Part shown: positions 51,743-62,017 of the stretch, in pieces | Numbering within the stretch: position 1 is the stretch's first letter | Layout of the letters: each line of letters starts with the position of its first letter | Source: a virus | Taxonomy: Duplodnaviria > Heunggongvirae > Uroviricota > Caudoviricetes | Direction: 5' to 3' (one strand) | IMG/VR virus record: IMGVR_UViG_3300032245_001763 | Coordinates: 1-64,000 of that record | DNA length: 64,000 nucleotides | Position numbers and translations under genes: made by a program | Notes under the pieces: generated by a model | Told to the model about the DNA's origin: nothing | The model's input: the letters and a program-made list of their open reading frames with translations, nothing else | The model's database searches: none

Positions 51743-53000
51743 AATTTTCTTTTTTCAAAACATCTTTTATAAAGTCAAGATATCTATCAGCAGTTTTTTC
51801 CCAAATATTTTCTTGTATATATTTGTTGTTTAATGATATTAAATTGTTTTTATAATTATGATCTGAAAATATTTTATCAATTTCTTTTGAAAGTTCTTCA
51901 GCACTGCTTGGTCTGGGTACAACATTATTTAAATCATCAAACATATTGCTTTCTGATGTTATTACTGGTATTTGGTTTGCCATTGCAACACGCACCGCAC
52001 CAGATGCTCCGTAAACAATATTATTTGGATTAGTTACATAAGGAAATAATGCTAATTTTGCTGTTCTTAAATAATTGTTAATTATTTCGTCTGAATTATA
52101 TTTTCTTATAATTGCTATATTGTCATATAAGTTAAATTTTTCAATAATTGATTCAAGATAATTTTGGTATTCAGCATGTGTTCCAACTGCATTTGCTGAT
52201 TCAGAGCAAAGATAACAATAAAATATATCTTTGTATTTTTCTGGAAATTTATTTTTTAATATTCCTACTGCTTCAATTGCCCTATCTACACCTTTGTAGA
52301 AAAATCCAAAACCAAATTGTACTATTGCATATGGTGTTTGGAAAGTATTCCACAATTCTTTTACATCGTTAAATTCTACACAACCATGAGGTATAACACG
52401 TATTAAATTATTGGTGTGTCCAAGGTTTTCAAGAGCACCTTTTCCAGAATTAGAATGAACAATAATATTTTTTGCTACAGATGTGAATATTGTTTTATCC
52501 ATGTGAGATTTATACACAGAATGTAAAACAATAGCATATGGAATATTTTCTAATTCTTGAATAAACTTCAAATAATGGGTGGCTTTTGGAAATATTCCAA
52601 ATTCATGCTGAATAATTACAAAATTTGGCTTCCAATCTTTTATTTCTTTTGAAAGATTTTTTAAAGTTTCACCTCTTACCCAGCATCTTGAAACATTTTC
52701 TTCAACATCATGTGATAAATCAGCTTTTTCTTCAATTTCTGAAAATATTTTTATTTCATTTACTTTAGATCTAAGTGCGTCAACCAAATATTTTGAATAT
52801 GTAGAAATTCCACAAGGAGTTCTCCAATTACATACAACTGCAATTTTCATTTTTTCTGGACTCATTGTACCTATTCTTTTTCCAATAATATTTTCTTCTA
52901 CATTATCTACTTTGTACAAATTATCTAAATTTGATACTTGAACTTCTCTATCAAATACACCTTTAATACGATCATTGTTATCAGTAAATATATACTTCAT
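51726..53000 (-). CDS. Glycosyltransferase, GT4-like (GT-B fold)
   Basis: C-terminal FPYVTNPNNIVYGASGAVRVAMANQIPVITSE resembles the GT4 E..G..l.EAma.G.PvI motif. Confidence 0.45.
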   Translation of the reverse strand: MKYIFTDNNDRIKGVFDREVQVSNLDNLYKVDNVEENIIGKRIGTMSPEKMKIAVVCNWRTPCGISTYSKYLVDALRSKVNEIKIFSEIEEKADLSHDVEENVSRCWVRGETLKNLSKEIKDWKPNFVIIQHEFGIFPKATHYLKFIQELENIPYAIVLHSVYKSHMDKTIFTSVAKNIIVHSNSGKGALENLGHTNNLIRVIPHGCVEFNDVKELWNTFQTPYAIVQFGFGFFYKGVDRAIEAVGILKNKFPEKYKDIFYCYLCSESANAVGTHAEYQNYLESIIEKFNLYDNIAIIRKYNSDEIINNYLRTAKLALFPYVTNPNNIVYGASGAVRVAMANQIPVITSESNMFDDLNNVVPRPSSAEELSKEIDKIFSDHNYKNNLISLNNKYIQENIWEKTADRYLDFIKDVLKKENFIEIV

Positions 53001-53055
53001 ATTGTATAACTTTCTTTATTATTTGTTGAAATAATAGAGTTAATTAATTAAGATT

Positions 53056-54513
53056 TTAAGATTTATTCTTTATTCCAGCTTTAATTGCATTTAAAGCTGT
53101 CGCTGTCCAAGCGTTTGATGTTTCGGGATTTGCATCAAATGCCTCTACATTATATGGTGTTGTTGATTGTAAAATTCCAGTAACAGTCTTGTTCGATCCA
53201 ATCTCATTACCGTTCATTACAAATTTAACAGTACCAGTCACGCCAGATTGAGCTTCAGTAAACAGAGAATTGAATTGAACGCCTTTAACATCATTGATTG
53301 TTGACAAATTTGACATGTTAAATTGTGCCAAATCACCATTAGTGTTTGAGGTAATAAATTTACTTAACGTACTGTGAGTCTGACTCATATCTCTAGCAGA
53401 CAAGGAGCCTGTATAATCTAATGATAAATCATCAATATAAATAGCAGATCCTGTTGCAAGTGGACCAAATCTAATTACTGATTGAGGCGTTAATGAATAT
53501 GTGAATTGTTGATAAGTTGTTGTTAAATTTAAAGTGTTTGTTGTTCCATTTATGATTATTGGAAAAGTTGAAGTTGATGCACTTCTAGCCCAAAACGACA
53601 TTGATACTGCATCTGTTGTAAATTCCATCCATACAGAAGTGTTATTAAAAGCAAGACAGGCTGGAGAAGTACGAAAACTGCTTGTTGATCTTGCAATATA
53701 TCTAAAATTGAAAGCTGTCTCATTTAAATAGCTAATATTTGTAACTCCAAGAGGAATTAAAAATTCATGTGGATCAGTAAATGTTGCATCAAATGATGTT
53801 GATAATACAGTTCCATTGCTGTTTGTGAAATTTACTGTATCATCAGTTGTTGGCGATAACATTTCAATTCTTGGAATATACAACTCTGTTCCAATTTTTG
53901 CATTATTTCTTGTTCCTGTATTATCAACGACATAAAAGTCATCGACTCGATATTCGCTGTTTCCAGCAATATAGAGTGTGAAAGTACCATCATAATTCAT
54001 TGATGTGCTACTTGTCCCGCGTTCAGTTCCATCAACATAAAGTCTAATTGGAGTTCCGGCAGATGGAGTAATCGGAATTAATAATTCAATGTGTCTCCAG
54101 GTATTTGCAAGTCCAGAGTATGGTGTTGAATAAACTGCAACTGAATTTAAGCTAAATCTATAATCAAGACTGTTAATTAGAATTCTCAATCCCTTTGTCG
54201 TGTCAGTTGGAGTTGAATTAGTCAATCTAATATCAATGTTACTTTCTTGACTTCCAAATCTCAGATTAAATCCAACAACAAAATAAGTTACACCAGAAGA
54301 AGAAACTGCTTTTTTTAATTGTCCTGGATTTTTACCTGGAACAACAGATGCAGAGTTTCCGCCAAATCTTCCAGGTTTAGCAATCCAAGAGCCAGCAACA
54401 GTATTAAAATTTCTTGCCAGTCCAGTAGTAATTGAATCAGTTGGATCATTTCCTGCCGTGTTTAATGCGTAATGTCCGTAATTTTCAAATCCTTCTAAAA
54501 ACCTAATTGCCAT
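53056..54513 (-). CDS. Large structural (fibre/receptor-binding-like) protein, paralogue of 57715-59499
   Basis: The N-termini MAIRFLEGFENYGHY and MGIIFFDSFDHYTHH are alike. Both are S/T/N-rich with a beta-rich composition. Confidence 0.45.
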   Translation of the reverse strand: MAIRFLEGFENYGHYALNTAGNDPTDSITTGLARNFNTVAGSWIAKPGRFGGNSASVVPGKNPGQLKKAVSSSGVTYFVVGFNLRFGSQESNIDIRLTNSTPTDTTKGLRILINSLDYRFSLNSVAVYSTPYSGLANTWRHIELLIPITPSAGTPIRLYVDGTERGTSSTSMNYDGTFTLYIAGNSEYRVDDFYVVDNTGTRNNAKIGTELYIPRIEMLSPTTDDTVNFTNSNGTVLSTSFDATFTDPHEFLIPLGVTNISYLNETAFNFRYIARSTSSFRTSPACLAFNNTSVWMEFTTDAVSMSFWARSASTSTFPIIINGTTNTLNLTTTYQQFTYSLTPQSVIRFGPLATGSAIYIDDLSLDYTGSLSARDMSQTHSTLSKFITSNTNGDLAQFNMSNLSTINDVKGVQFNSLFTEAQSGVTGTVKFVMNGNEIGSNKTVTGILQSTTPYNVEAFDANPETSNAWTATALNAIKAGIKNKS

Positions 54514-55129
54514 TGTTTATACTCCAATCACTGTAGCCAGCGTAATCTGAATTCCATAATGTCTTTAATTTGTTTTCTCTTTCTGTTGTCCATAGTTCGT
54601 TTGCTTGATTGTCTGTACTTCCAATTTCTGGATAAGCAATTGCAGGATTGACCCATGTGCCAGTAATTGGAGTAAAGTAATCAAGGAAATCAAGATTAAT
54701 ACCATTCAATTGATTTCTGTAATGGCTTTGAGATCTATAGAAATGAACAACTTCATTGCCTATTAATTTGTGCATCGGGCAAAACACATTGGGAATGACT
54801 GGATTATTTTCTAACAGAAAAGGATTACTTTCATTTGCTGTCAAAAAATCTAAATAAGAATCAATTGATTCCCAGTATTTTTGATATCCAGAATCATACA
54901 TTTCTTTTGATGCAGCATACATTGAACAAAGTCTATCCCAAGGATGACGTTTTGATACATATACATGTGTATATTCAATATTGTTTAATTCTGAAATATC
55001 GCAACTATGTCGATGAGATCCTAATCTGTAATTATCAGGATCATGTAAATCTAAATATTGTTCAGTTGATCTGCTCGCTGTTCTTTCAACAGGGCAGTAT
55101 ACTATTTTTAAATTTGGGTAATATATCAT
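54503..55129 (-). CDS. Sulfotransferase-family protein
   Basis: A 3'-PB-like KRHPWDRLCS (R.P.DR..S) and an N-terminal YCPVERTASRS (5'-PSB-like). Confidence 0.45.
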   Translation of the reverse strand: MIYYPNLKIVYCPVERTASRSTEQYLDLHDPDNYRLGSHRHSCDISELNNIEYTHVYVSKRHPWDRLCSMYAASKEMYDSGYQKYWESIDSYLDFLTANESNPFLLENNPVIPNVFCPMHKLIGNEVVHFYRSQSHYRNQLNGINLDFLDYFTPITGTWVNPAIAYPEIGSTDNQANELWTTERENKLKTLWNSDYAGYSDWSINNGN

Positions 55130-55136
55130 ATTTTAT

Positions 55137-56069
55137 TTATTCCTCTAAAATTTCTAAACAAAAAATTTCTAAATTATTTTTAGCAAATATTGCATCTTTT
55201 CCATAAAGAAAAAATTCATCATTGTGTTTTAGTGTTTTATTGTATCCTTTAACTTGTGTTGTTTGAGTTATTGCTATATTTTCATCAACATTATTTTTCT
55301 TAAAATTAACTTTAAATTTTATTTTTGGATTAATTCCATTTTTTTCGTGTTCAGATATATAGTTGAATATAATGGGATTCCCGTTAAGTGGAAGTTGAGA
55401 TGTTACTGATATTTCTGATTCACCTTGATAAAAAGGAATATATTTAAATTCATATATTTTAGTATCATTATATGATATATTTTTAATATTTTCAAATTTT
55501 GCATTTTTATCACTTGATTTTAATTCAAATTCTACAGTTTGATTAGTTTCAAATGTTATTCTAAAATCAGTTAAATAATAACCATTATTTTGACCACCTG
55601 TGAAATAATAATTTATTTCACCATTATCTATCTTTGATATAGATAATCCAGATAATATTAAATTTCCAGAACTTAATGCTAAAAAACTTTGTTGTGAATT
55701 TGATAAAATCAAACTTATATTGCTTAAACCAGATAATAGTAAACTACCAGAACTATAACTATTATAGTTTTGTTTTATAATAGAATCACCAGATAATATT
55801 AAACTACCAGAACTATAATTATTATAGTTTTGTTTTATGATAGAATCACCAGATAATATTAAACTACCAGAACTATAATTATTATAGTTTTGTTTTATGA
55901 TAGAATCACCAGATAATATTAAACTACCAGAAGGGGTGAAATTCTCATTAAATGGAGGAACATAATCGGTTCCAAGGACATAAATTGAATTTTGGTATAA
56001 ATTTAAATTTATAGGTTGTTGTTCAACTGCTCCAAGGACATAAATTGAATTTTGATATAAATTTATCAT
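55137..56069 (-). CDS. Repeat-containing structural protein (tandem SGSLILSGDSIIKQNYNNYS repeats)
   Basis: Three perfect 60-bp DNA repeats at 55741-55920, plus a duplicated N-terminal INLYQNSIYVLG segment. Confidence 0.5.
   Translation of the reverse strand: MINLYQNSIYVLGAVEQQPINLNLYQNSIYVLGTDYVPPFNENFTPSGSLILSGDSIIKQNYNNYSSGSLILSGDSIIKQNYNNYSSGSLILSGDSIIKQNYNSYSSGSLLLSGLSNISLILSNSQQSFLALSSGNLILSGLSISKIDNGEINYYFTGGQNNGYYLTDFRITFETNQTVEFELKSSDKNAKFENIKNISYNDTKIYEFKYIPFYQGESEISVTSQLPLNGNPIIFNYISEHEKNGINPKIKFKVNFKKNNVDENIAITQTTQVKGYNKTLKHNDEFFLYGKDAIFAKNNLEIFCLEILEE
55741..55920 (-). repeat. Three perfect 60-bp tandem repeats in a coding region
   Basis: AACTACCAGAACTATAATTATTATAGTTTTGTTTTATGATAGAATCACCAGATAATATTA repeated three times. 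A fourth, diverged copy lies upstream. Confidence 0.8.
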
Positions 56070-56096
56070 AAACTATTTATGAAATTTTTAATAAAC

Positions 56097-57116
56097 TTAT
56101 TTATTAAATTTAATTTTAATTGTTTCATCTTGAATAAATTTATTCCAATATTCATGTTCTTTGTGTTTTTGAATATTTGTCAATTCATTAATTTTATTTT
56201 TTAAAATTCTATTATCAAAATTCCAATATGAAATAGAATTATTAGATTTTCCTATTACATTAAGAAAAGATTCATTTTTGCTATGATGTGTTAGATCAAT
56301 AAAATTAGTTCCAGTTACATAACTAAAAATGCTTGAATGTAATCTTGAACTAATTGTTAAATCGCATGCCGAAATGATATCTAACGCATTTGAATAAGAT
56401 ATTTTATCATAAATTACATGATTTTTTTTCCAAAATTTACATTTAGAGGCAATCCAAGAATTAGATGCTCTATCATCGTTTGGTACTTGAGTGCTGAATG
56501 GTATAAAAATGAAACTAGCAGGTGTTTCATCAATTGTTTTTGCAATATCATAACTAAATTTCATAAAGTTAAAAACATCTCTTGAAAGTGAATCAGATGA
56601 TGAATGACTCATATAACTGTTAATTATTACAGCTATTTTTTTAGAATATAAATCTAAATCATTTTTTTTGAACATTTCATTTATGATTTTTGTTCCATTT
56701 ATTGGATTGCCTGATAAAGTTAACGCAGAATCTGGTATAAAAGTACAATTAATGTTTTTACTTTTTAATATATCAATTGTTCTGTAATCTCTTGCATAAA
56801 TGTGTTCAAAAATATATAAATCATCTATATTTTCTTCTTCTATGCCAACAGAATATGCATAAATTTTTTTATTTTTTACTTTTTTTAATTCATTAATATA
56901 ATGTTTTCTTAAAACGTTACCTCCACCTAATAACACAACTTCACTTTTGTTAATCAATTCTTCATTTAATTGATTAACAAAAGTGAAGTTGTGTTGTGGA
57001 AATAAGTTTTTAAAAGTATCTTTATATGTTTCGTCACCATGATTTGATTTATCATAAAAACCTAATGTTAACACTTCCATGATAAATCCTTTATTGTTTA
57101 ATATTTCACCATCCAA
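56097..57116 (-). CDS. Putative polysaccharide pyruvyl transferase-like protein
   Basis: N-terminal LTLGFYDKSNHGDETY...VVLLGGGNVL resembles the CsaB/PS_pyruv_trans N-terminus. Confidence 0.3.
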   Translation of the reverse strand: MDGEILNNKGFIMEVLTLGFYDKSNHGDETYKDTFKNLFPQHNFTFVNQLNEELINKSEVVLLGGGNVLRKHYINELKKVKNKKIYAYSVGIEEENIDDLYIFEHIYARDYRTIDILKSKNINCTFIPDSALTLSGNPINGTKIINEMFKKNDLDLYSKKIAVIINSYMSHSSSDSLSRDVFNFMKFSYDIAKTIDETPASFIFIPFSTQVPNDDRASNSWIASKCKFWKKNHVIYDKISYSNALDIISACDLTISSRLHSSIFSYVTGTNFIDLTHHSKNESFLNVIGKSNNSISYWNFDNRILKNKINELTNIQKHKEHEYWNKFIQDETIKIKFNK

Positions 57117-57370
57117 TTTATTTTACACTTACTGCTTTTTATATTCGTGAAAAATATAAATCCTTTTTTGGTCAAAATGTATCCAAAAGCGTCTATTTTA
57201 TTTTGTCCACAGCCACTATATTTTCCACTTTTTGTATTTATCCAAATAGATTTTGGATTTCTTTTTAATTTTATTAAAATGTTATTATGTTTGCCTTGAG
57301 CTAACTCAAAGCTTCCATATTCTTTTTTTAATATATAAGCTAATATCGTTTTCCATATTGATTTAAACAT
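57098..57370 (-). CDS. small protein, paralogue of 57383-57670
   Basis: Shared C-termini SKCKINWMVKY and DSCKISWLAFK, and internal CG...KI..FGY/GC. Confidence 0.45.
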   Translation of the reverse strand: MFKSIWKTILAYILKKEYGSFELAQGKHNNILIKLKRNPKSIWINTKSGKYSGCGQNKIDAFGYILTKKGFIFFTNIKSSKCKINWMVKY

Positions 57371-57382
57371 TTTTAATTCCTT

Positions 57383-57670
57383 TTATTTAAAAGCTAACCA
57401 ACTTATTTTGCATGAGTCAGTTTCAATTTCTGCTTCAAAAATTAATTGATTTTTGATTAATGTACATCCTATTTTATTAACTGGTATATTTCCACAACCA
57501 TCTGCCACAGATTCTTCTGTAGATGTCCAAACTTTTTCTGGATCTATTTCTGTTGTAACAACAAATTTGTGATTTCCACGAGATAATTCAAATTCACCTG
57601 TTTCAAATCCAATTATTCTACCAAAAAATTTTGCTAAAGTATTATTTACTCTACTAACTATTTGTCCCAT
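57383..57670 (-). CDS. small protein, paralogue of 57098-57370
   Basis: ORF track, 95 aa. Confidence 0.45.
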   Translation of the reverse strand: MGQIVSRVNNTLAKFFGRIIGFETGEFELSRGNHKFVVTTEIDPEKVWTSTEESVADGCGNIPVNKIGCTLIKNQLIFEAEIETDSCKISWLAFK

Positions 57671-57714
57671 TTTTTTCCTTACTCACTTAAAAGTTTTTTT
57701 GTTTAACTATCTAT

Positions 57715-59499
57715 TTAAATTCCTATTAAAAAATTAAATTTAATTACTCCAAATACGCTGGAGCCAGATACATTCATGCTATCAGAGTATAATGAAGTTC
57801 CAGTATCATAATTTATTGATGTAAATTCAGTATTTTTATAATAAAAAGCATTTCCAGTAGAATTTCCATTATACCCATTTACACTAGTCCACGCAGATGT
57901 GTTTGTAACATTTAAATTATTTCCATTACCCAAAATAATTCTTAATGGTCTAATTGTGTAACATTTTTCACTTGTTCCTCCAAATGTATATTCAAAATTA
58001 CCAAAAGGAGCAGAATTTGAATCTGGTTCAGAACCATTTGGAATATCATAAGTAATTTTGCTTGATGTTATGAAAAGCATTGATGCGTCATTTCCTGTAG
58101 AAACTAACATTGTATTATTTTCATTTCCATTTAATGTTCGTTTAAAAACACGATAATATATGGAACCAGCAATTCCACTATCTATTTGATCCCATTCGTT
58201 TTCGTTTACTGTTGGTACACTACTTTGTTTTTTAACTAATAAGTAAGCTGTATACCCAGAATTCATTTTGGATGAATCTGGTGCTGGAAAATATAAATCT
58301 TGTGTTAATTTTGCATCAACATGTGTGATATTAATTGAATAATCTTTAGAAATATATCCTAATTCTAAATTATTTATATTAACAACATCCCAAGGATTAT
58401 TGTCAGATGGATTTAAAGAAAATATATTTGAGTTTAAAGTTCCTAATTTTTCTATTGCTCCACTTGATTTTTCATAATTTAATTCTCCAATTGATTTATA
58501 ATTAGGACCAAACTCGATGTTATCTTTTATTAATCTAAAACATGAGTGTCCAGATTCGCCATTTGGCCAAGTATATAAATTGTAATAATTATTTGTGGTT
58601 GCTGATAATATAACTGGTTTTATTGCTCCAACTACTTGAATTTTCTGTAAATTGTTTATTTCATACAATGATGACACATTAGTTGCATTTGTATATACAT
58701 ATTGTGTTTCATTATGTGGTATATTATCTTGAGATTGTGCCCCTATAGCTGGATGAGTATTTTTTTTAATCATATTAACGGTTTTATCTTTGAATGCAAA
58801 TAAAGTTTCAATACGAACTAATGGTCCTAAAAAATCATTGAAACTTGCACCCAAATTATCTAATAGATATAGATCATCAATTAACCATCCAGAATCATTA
58901 TGGTCAGTACTTGTTGATTCTTGTCCTATTCCAAATGTTCTATTTAGTGTTTCGTTAATATCTTCAAGAAATAATGCTTCTGGTGAGATTATATAATCGT
59001 CAATTCCGTCAATTCTTATTTGCCAAGGTTGGCTTGGGTGTGATATTTGAATTTTAACTTCTAAATGATGCCAATTACCATCATCCGAAATTGTGGTTAA
59101 ATAAGTTTCTGAAGTTCTTGATGTGATATATAAGTCATTTCCAGATAGTTTAATTCCTTTGTGTATTCCCGTGTTATCTTTAAATCCTATTAATGTTGGA
59201 CTTCCGCTTTTATATTTTTTTATTTGACATCCTATAATTAGTTGTACAACTCCACTGTTTGGAATATTTACTGATATTGATTTGTCTAAAAATGTATTTG
59301 AAGTATAAGTTGGCGGAACATAAAATCCATTTAATAGAAGAGCACATGAAGAGTTTCTTCCTGCGAATAATTTTGGACCATTAGTTAAATTTTTATAAGC
59401 TTCTATATTTGGTAAAGAATATTCTCTTGCCAATTCTTCGTATACATATCCTCCATGATGTGTGTAATGATCAAAACTGTCAAAAAATATAATTCCCAT
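57715..59499 (-). CDS. Large structural (fibre/receptor-binding-like) protein, paralogue of 53056-54513
   Basis: 594 aa, N/S/T/G-rich; conserved N-terminal 25 aa. Confidence 0.45.
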   Translation of the reverse strand: MGIIFFDSFDHYTHHGGYVYEELAREYSLPNIEAYKNLTNGPKLFAGRNSSCALLLNGFYVPPTYTSNTFLDKSISVNIPNSGVVQLIIGCQIKKYKSGSPTLIGFKDNTGIHKGIKLSGNDLYITSRTSETYLTTISDDGNWHHLEVKIQISHPSQPWQIRIDGIDDYIISPEALFLEDINETLNRTFGIGQESTSTDHNDSGWLIDDLYLLDNLGASFNDFLGPLVRIETLFAFKDKTVNMIKKNTHPAIGAQSQDNIPHNETQYVYTNATNVSSLYEINNLQKIQVVGAIKPVILSATTNNYYNLYTWPNGESGHSCFRLIKDNIEFGPNYKSIGELNYEKSSGAIEKLGTLNSNIFSLNPSDNNPWDVVNINNLELGYISKDYSINITHVDAKLTQDLYFPAPDSSKMNSGYTAYLLVKKQSSVPTVNENEWDQIDSGIAGSIYYRVFKRTLNGNENNTMLVSTGNDASMLFITSSKITYDIPNGSEPDSNSAPFGNFEYTFGGTSEKCYTIRPLRIILGNGNNLNVTNTSAWTSVNGYNGNSTGNAFYYKNTEFTSINYDTGTSLYSDSMNVSGSSVFGVIKFNFLIGI

Positions 59500-59512
59500 A
59501 ATTTTCCTAATT

Positions 59513-60364
59513 TTAAATAAATTTTATTGTTTTATTTTTAATATTTAAATTTTCAATTATATTTATGGTTTCATTTTTATTATTGATATTTTCTTTAAAA
59601 GAAAGTGTTTTCTCTTCTAGATCTTTTATTGTAAAACATTGAGTTTTATAAAATATTTTATAAAACTCAATTAATTCTTCTCTGTGTCGTTCTGGAATAG
59701 CACATAAAACTATATTTGTATTGACTTTTAAAGCGCCAGCTAAATGCGATAATCCAGAATCTATTCCTGTAAATGAATAGCAATTTATCATTTTTTGTGC
59801 TATTTCTTTTATTGAAGAGCAAATTTCAAATGGATATTCTTGCAAATATATTTTTGTGTTTGGACCACCAATTCCTACTGGAACTTGATTTTTTGAAAAT
59901 GTTTCTATGATATATTTCATTTCATTTTGTGTAAATAATCTTTTTTGATTTGGATGTATAGATCTTGAATCGAATTGGAAGTAACATATATCATTTTTTT
60001 GTAAATCTGGTTTAATTTTAATGGATGGTAGTTTTATTTCTTTGATTCTTTTTCCATTTGGATTAAATTCTGTTCGAAACATATGTTTCATGTTTAGAAA
60101 CGCCACCTGCGCCTGATTCCATCTTAATGGACCTCTTCTATATTGTGGCATGATTTGAGAAATTGAATTTCCTGTATAATTTGTTGTTGTTTCTCCACAA
60201 TATCTTAAATTATGAAAATCAAAAATTTCAAATAATTCTTCAGTAAATTTATTTCCATATATTTTTATAATCCAATTATTTTCTATAGCTCTATTGTAAG
60301 CTAATATTAATATAGCTACATAGTCTCCCAAATGTGCCTTATTGTCTATAATAAACGTTTCCAT
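59513..60364 (-). CDS. Glycosyltransferase family 9 (heptosyltransferase-like)
   Basis: FTGIDSGLSHLAGALKVNTNIVL matches the GT9 D.G..HLAaA.g.P.v.LfG motif. Confidence 0.5.
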   Translation of the reverse strand: METFIIDNKAHLGDYVAILILAYNRAIENNWIIKIYGNKFTEELFEIFDFHNLRYCGETTTNYTGNSISQIMPQYRRGPLRWNQAQVAFLNMKHMFRTEFNPNGKRIKEIKLPSIKIKPDLQKNDICYFQFDSRSIHPNQKRLFTQNEMKYIIETFSKNQVPVGIGGPNTKIYLQEYPFEICSSIKEIAQKMINCYSFTGIDSGLSHLAGALKVNTNIVLCAIPERHREELIEFYKIFYKTQCFTIKDLEEKTLSFKENINNKNETINIIENLNIKNKTIKFI

Positions 60365-60366
60365 AA

Positions 60367-61245
60367 TTATTTCTTAATTAATTTATAATCTATGAAATTG
60401 ATAGACATTTGAAATTCCGGAAAATCATTAAATCCTATTTTATTTTTTATTAAATTAGATATTTTTTCACTTTTGAAAAAATCTTCAGGCTTTTCTGTTA
60501 TTTCAATTCTTTCATTTATTATAAATCCAGAATTTCTAATATATTCTTCATATGTTCTAATTGGTCTTGTTGGTCCATTATTTTGAATAAAATCATCATT
60601 ATTTAAAAATTGTAATAATTCATCATTATTTAATACTAAATGGGCATAAGCTTTATTTAATTTATGATAACAATGTATGGCACTTCTTGATGTATAAGGA
60701 TGGAATCTTACGTATAATCTACCATTTTTTTTCATTATAGAGTTTATTTTTTTTAAAACATCTTCTGGATTTTCATTTATTAAGTGATCTAACACATCAA
60801 ACAATAAGACAACATCATATTCTTCATGGTTTTTTATTTTTTCAAAATCTGTTGTGAAATTTTCATTATTCCAAGATTCATGATGTTTTATATCGTATCC
60901 AATTGCAATTTTAGCACCAGATTTTAATGCTGGATCTATTGTGTATCCATCTCCACAACCATAATCTAAAAAATTTAAATCTTTTAAATTTTCTTCAATA
61001 TAATTATGAACTATATTACATCCTCTTTCTTTTTTTTCATTCAAATCAGAAGGATGTATTAAAAGCTCAGATTTAACTGCTTCTGGCCAATCTTCAGATT
61101 TGATTAAATCAATTATTGATATGTTGTTTAAATAATTAAATTTTTGATAATTATTATTTTTTATTTCAGTTAATAATTCCAATATTTGATTGTTTAAATT
61201 TACGCTGGTGTTTAATAATTGTTTTAGTTTATTTTCTATATTCAT
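60367..61245 (-). CDS. SAM-dependent methyltransferase (class I)
   Basis: Motif I FLDYGCGDGY, an acidic residue at the end of beta2 (GYDIKHHE), and VVLLFDVLDHL (motif II/III-like). Confidence 0.55.
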   Translation of the reverse strand: MNIENKLKQLLNTSVNLNNQILELLTEIKNNNYQKFNYLNNISIIDLIKSEDWPEAVKSELLIHPSDLNEKKERGCNIVHNYIEENLKDLNFLDYGCGDGYTIDPALKSGAKIAIGYDIKHHESWNNENFTTDFEKIKNHEEYDVVLLFDVLDHLINENPEDVLKKINSIMKKNGRLYVRFHPYTSRSAIHCYHKLNKAYAHLVLNNDELLQFLNNDDFIQNNGPTRPIRTYEEYIRNSGFIINERIEITEKPEDFFKSEKISNLIKNKIGFNDFPEFQMSINFIDYKLIKK

Positions 61246-61967
61246 AGATATCCATATTTATTTATTGTATTTAAAAAATCTTTTTTTATGCTTCCATTTG
61301 GAATATCTTTTATTTTAAAATCTTCTATTCTTTTATTAATTGTATTTACATTATTTGGTAAATTTATTTCTGTTTTTTCTTTATTTATAAATTTGAAAAA
61401 ATATAAATTATTTGTAATGTTTTCAATTTTACAAATAATTGTATTATCTTTGTTGGATTTTTTTTCAATTAAATTATTCCAATTTACATAATAATAACAC
61501 GCACGTTCGATCGGATTGTTTATTTTTTTTAATTCTGGTAGTGTTTCAAAAATCTTTTGTTCCCATTCATTATTTGGATTTGAATCATTGAAATAATTTA
61601 GACTTTTTAAAAAAGAACTAATTACTTTGATTGGATTTCGAACAATATGTATAATTTTAACATGATTTAATATTACCATGTTTAAATAAGGTGCAGCCAT
61701 ATAGCTTGAATCAGCAATAGTTTTTTCGGCGTCTACCCATTGTTCTAATTCTTCATATATTTCACTCTTTAATTCTAAATTGTGTGTTGAACAAAAACTT
61801 AATTTTCTTAAATGTGGATGATATATTTTTTTTATGATTTTATCTAAAGGTTCGAAATCAAATATACACTCATGTCCACATGGAATATCTAATTTTGTTA
61901 ACATTTTTGCTACAAAATTAGTACCACAACGACCAGTTCCAGTTACTATGTATTGTAAATTATTCAT
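61242..61967 (-). CDS. Sulfotransferase-family protein
   Basis: A 5'-PSB-like IVTGTGRCGTNFV and a 3'-PB-like IIHIVRNPIKVISS. Confidence 0.45.
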   Translation of the reverse strand: MNNLQYIVTGTGRCGTNFVAKMLTKLDIPCGHECIFDFEPLDKIIKKIYHPHLRKLSFCSTHNLELKSEIYEELEQWVDAEKTIADSSYMAAPYLNMVILNHVKIIHIVRNPIKVISSFLKSLNYFNDSNPNNEWEQKIFETLPELKKINNPIERACYYYVNWNNLIEKKSNKDNTIICKIENITNNLYFFKFINKEKTEINLPNNVNTINKRIEDFKIKDIPNGSIKKDFLNTINKYGYL

Positions 61968-62017
61968 TTTTACCTTTAACTAAGTTGATTATTTTTGAAT
62001 GATACTATAATATAATT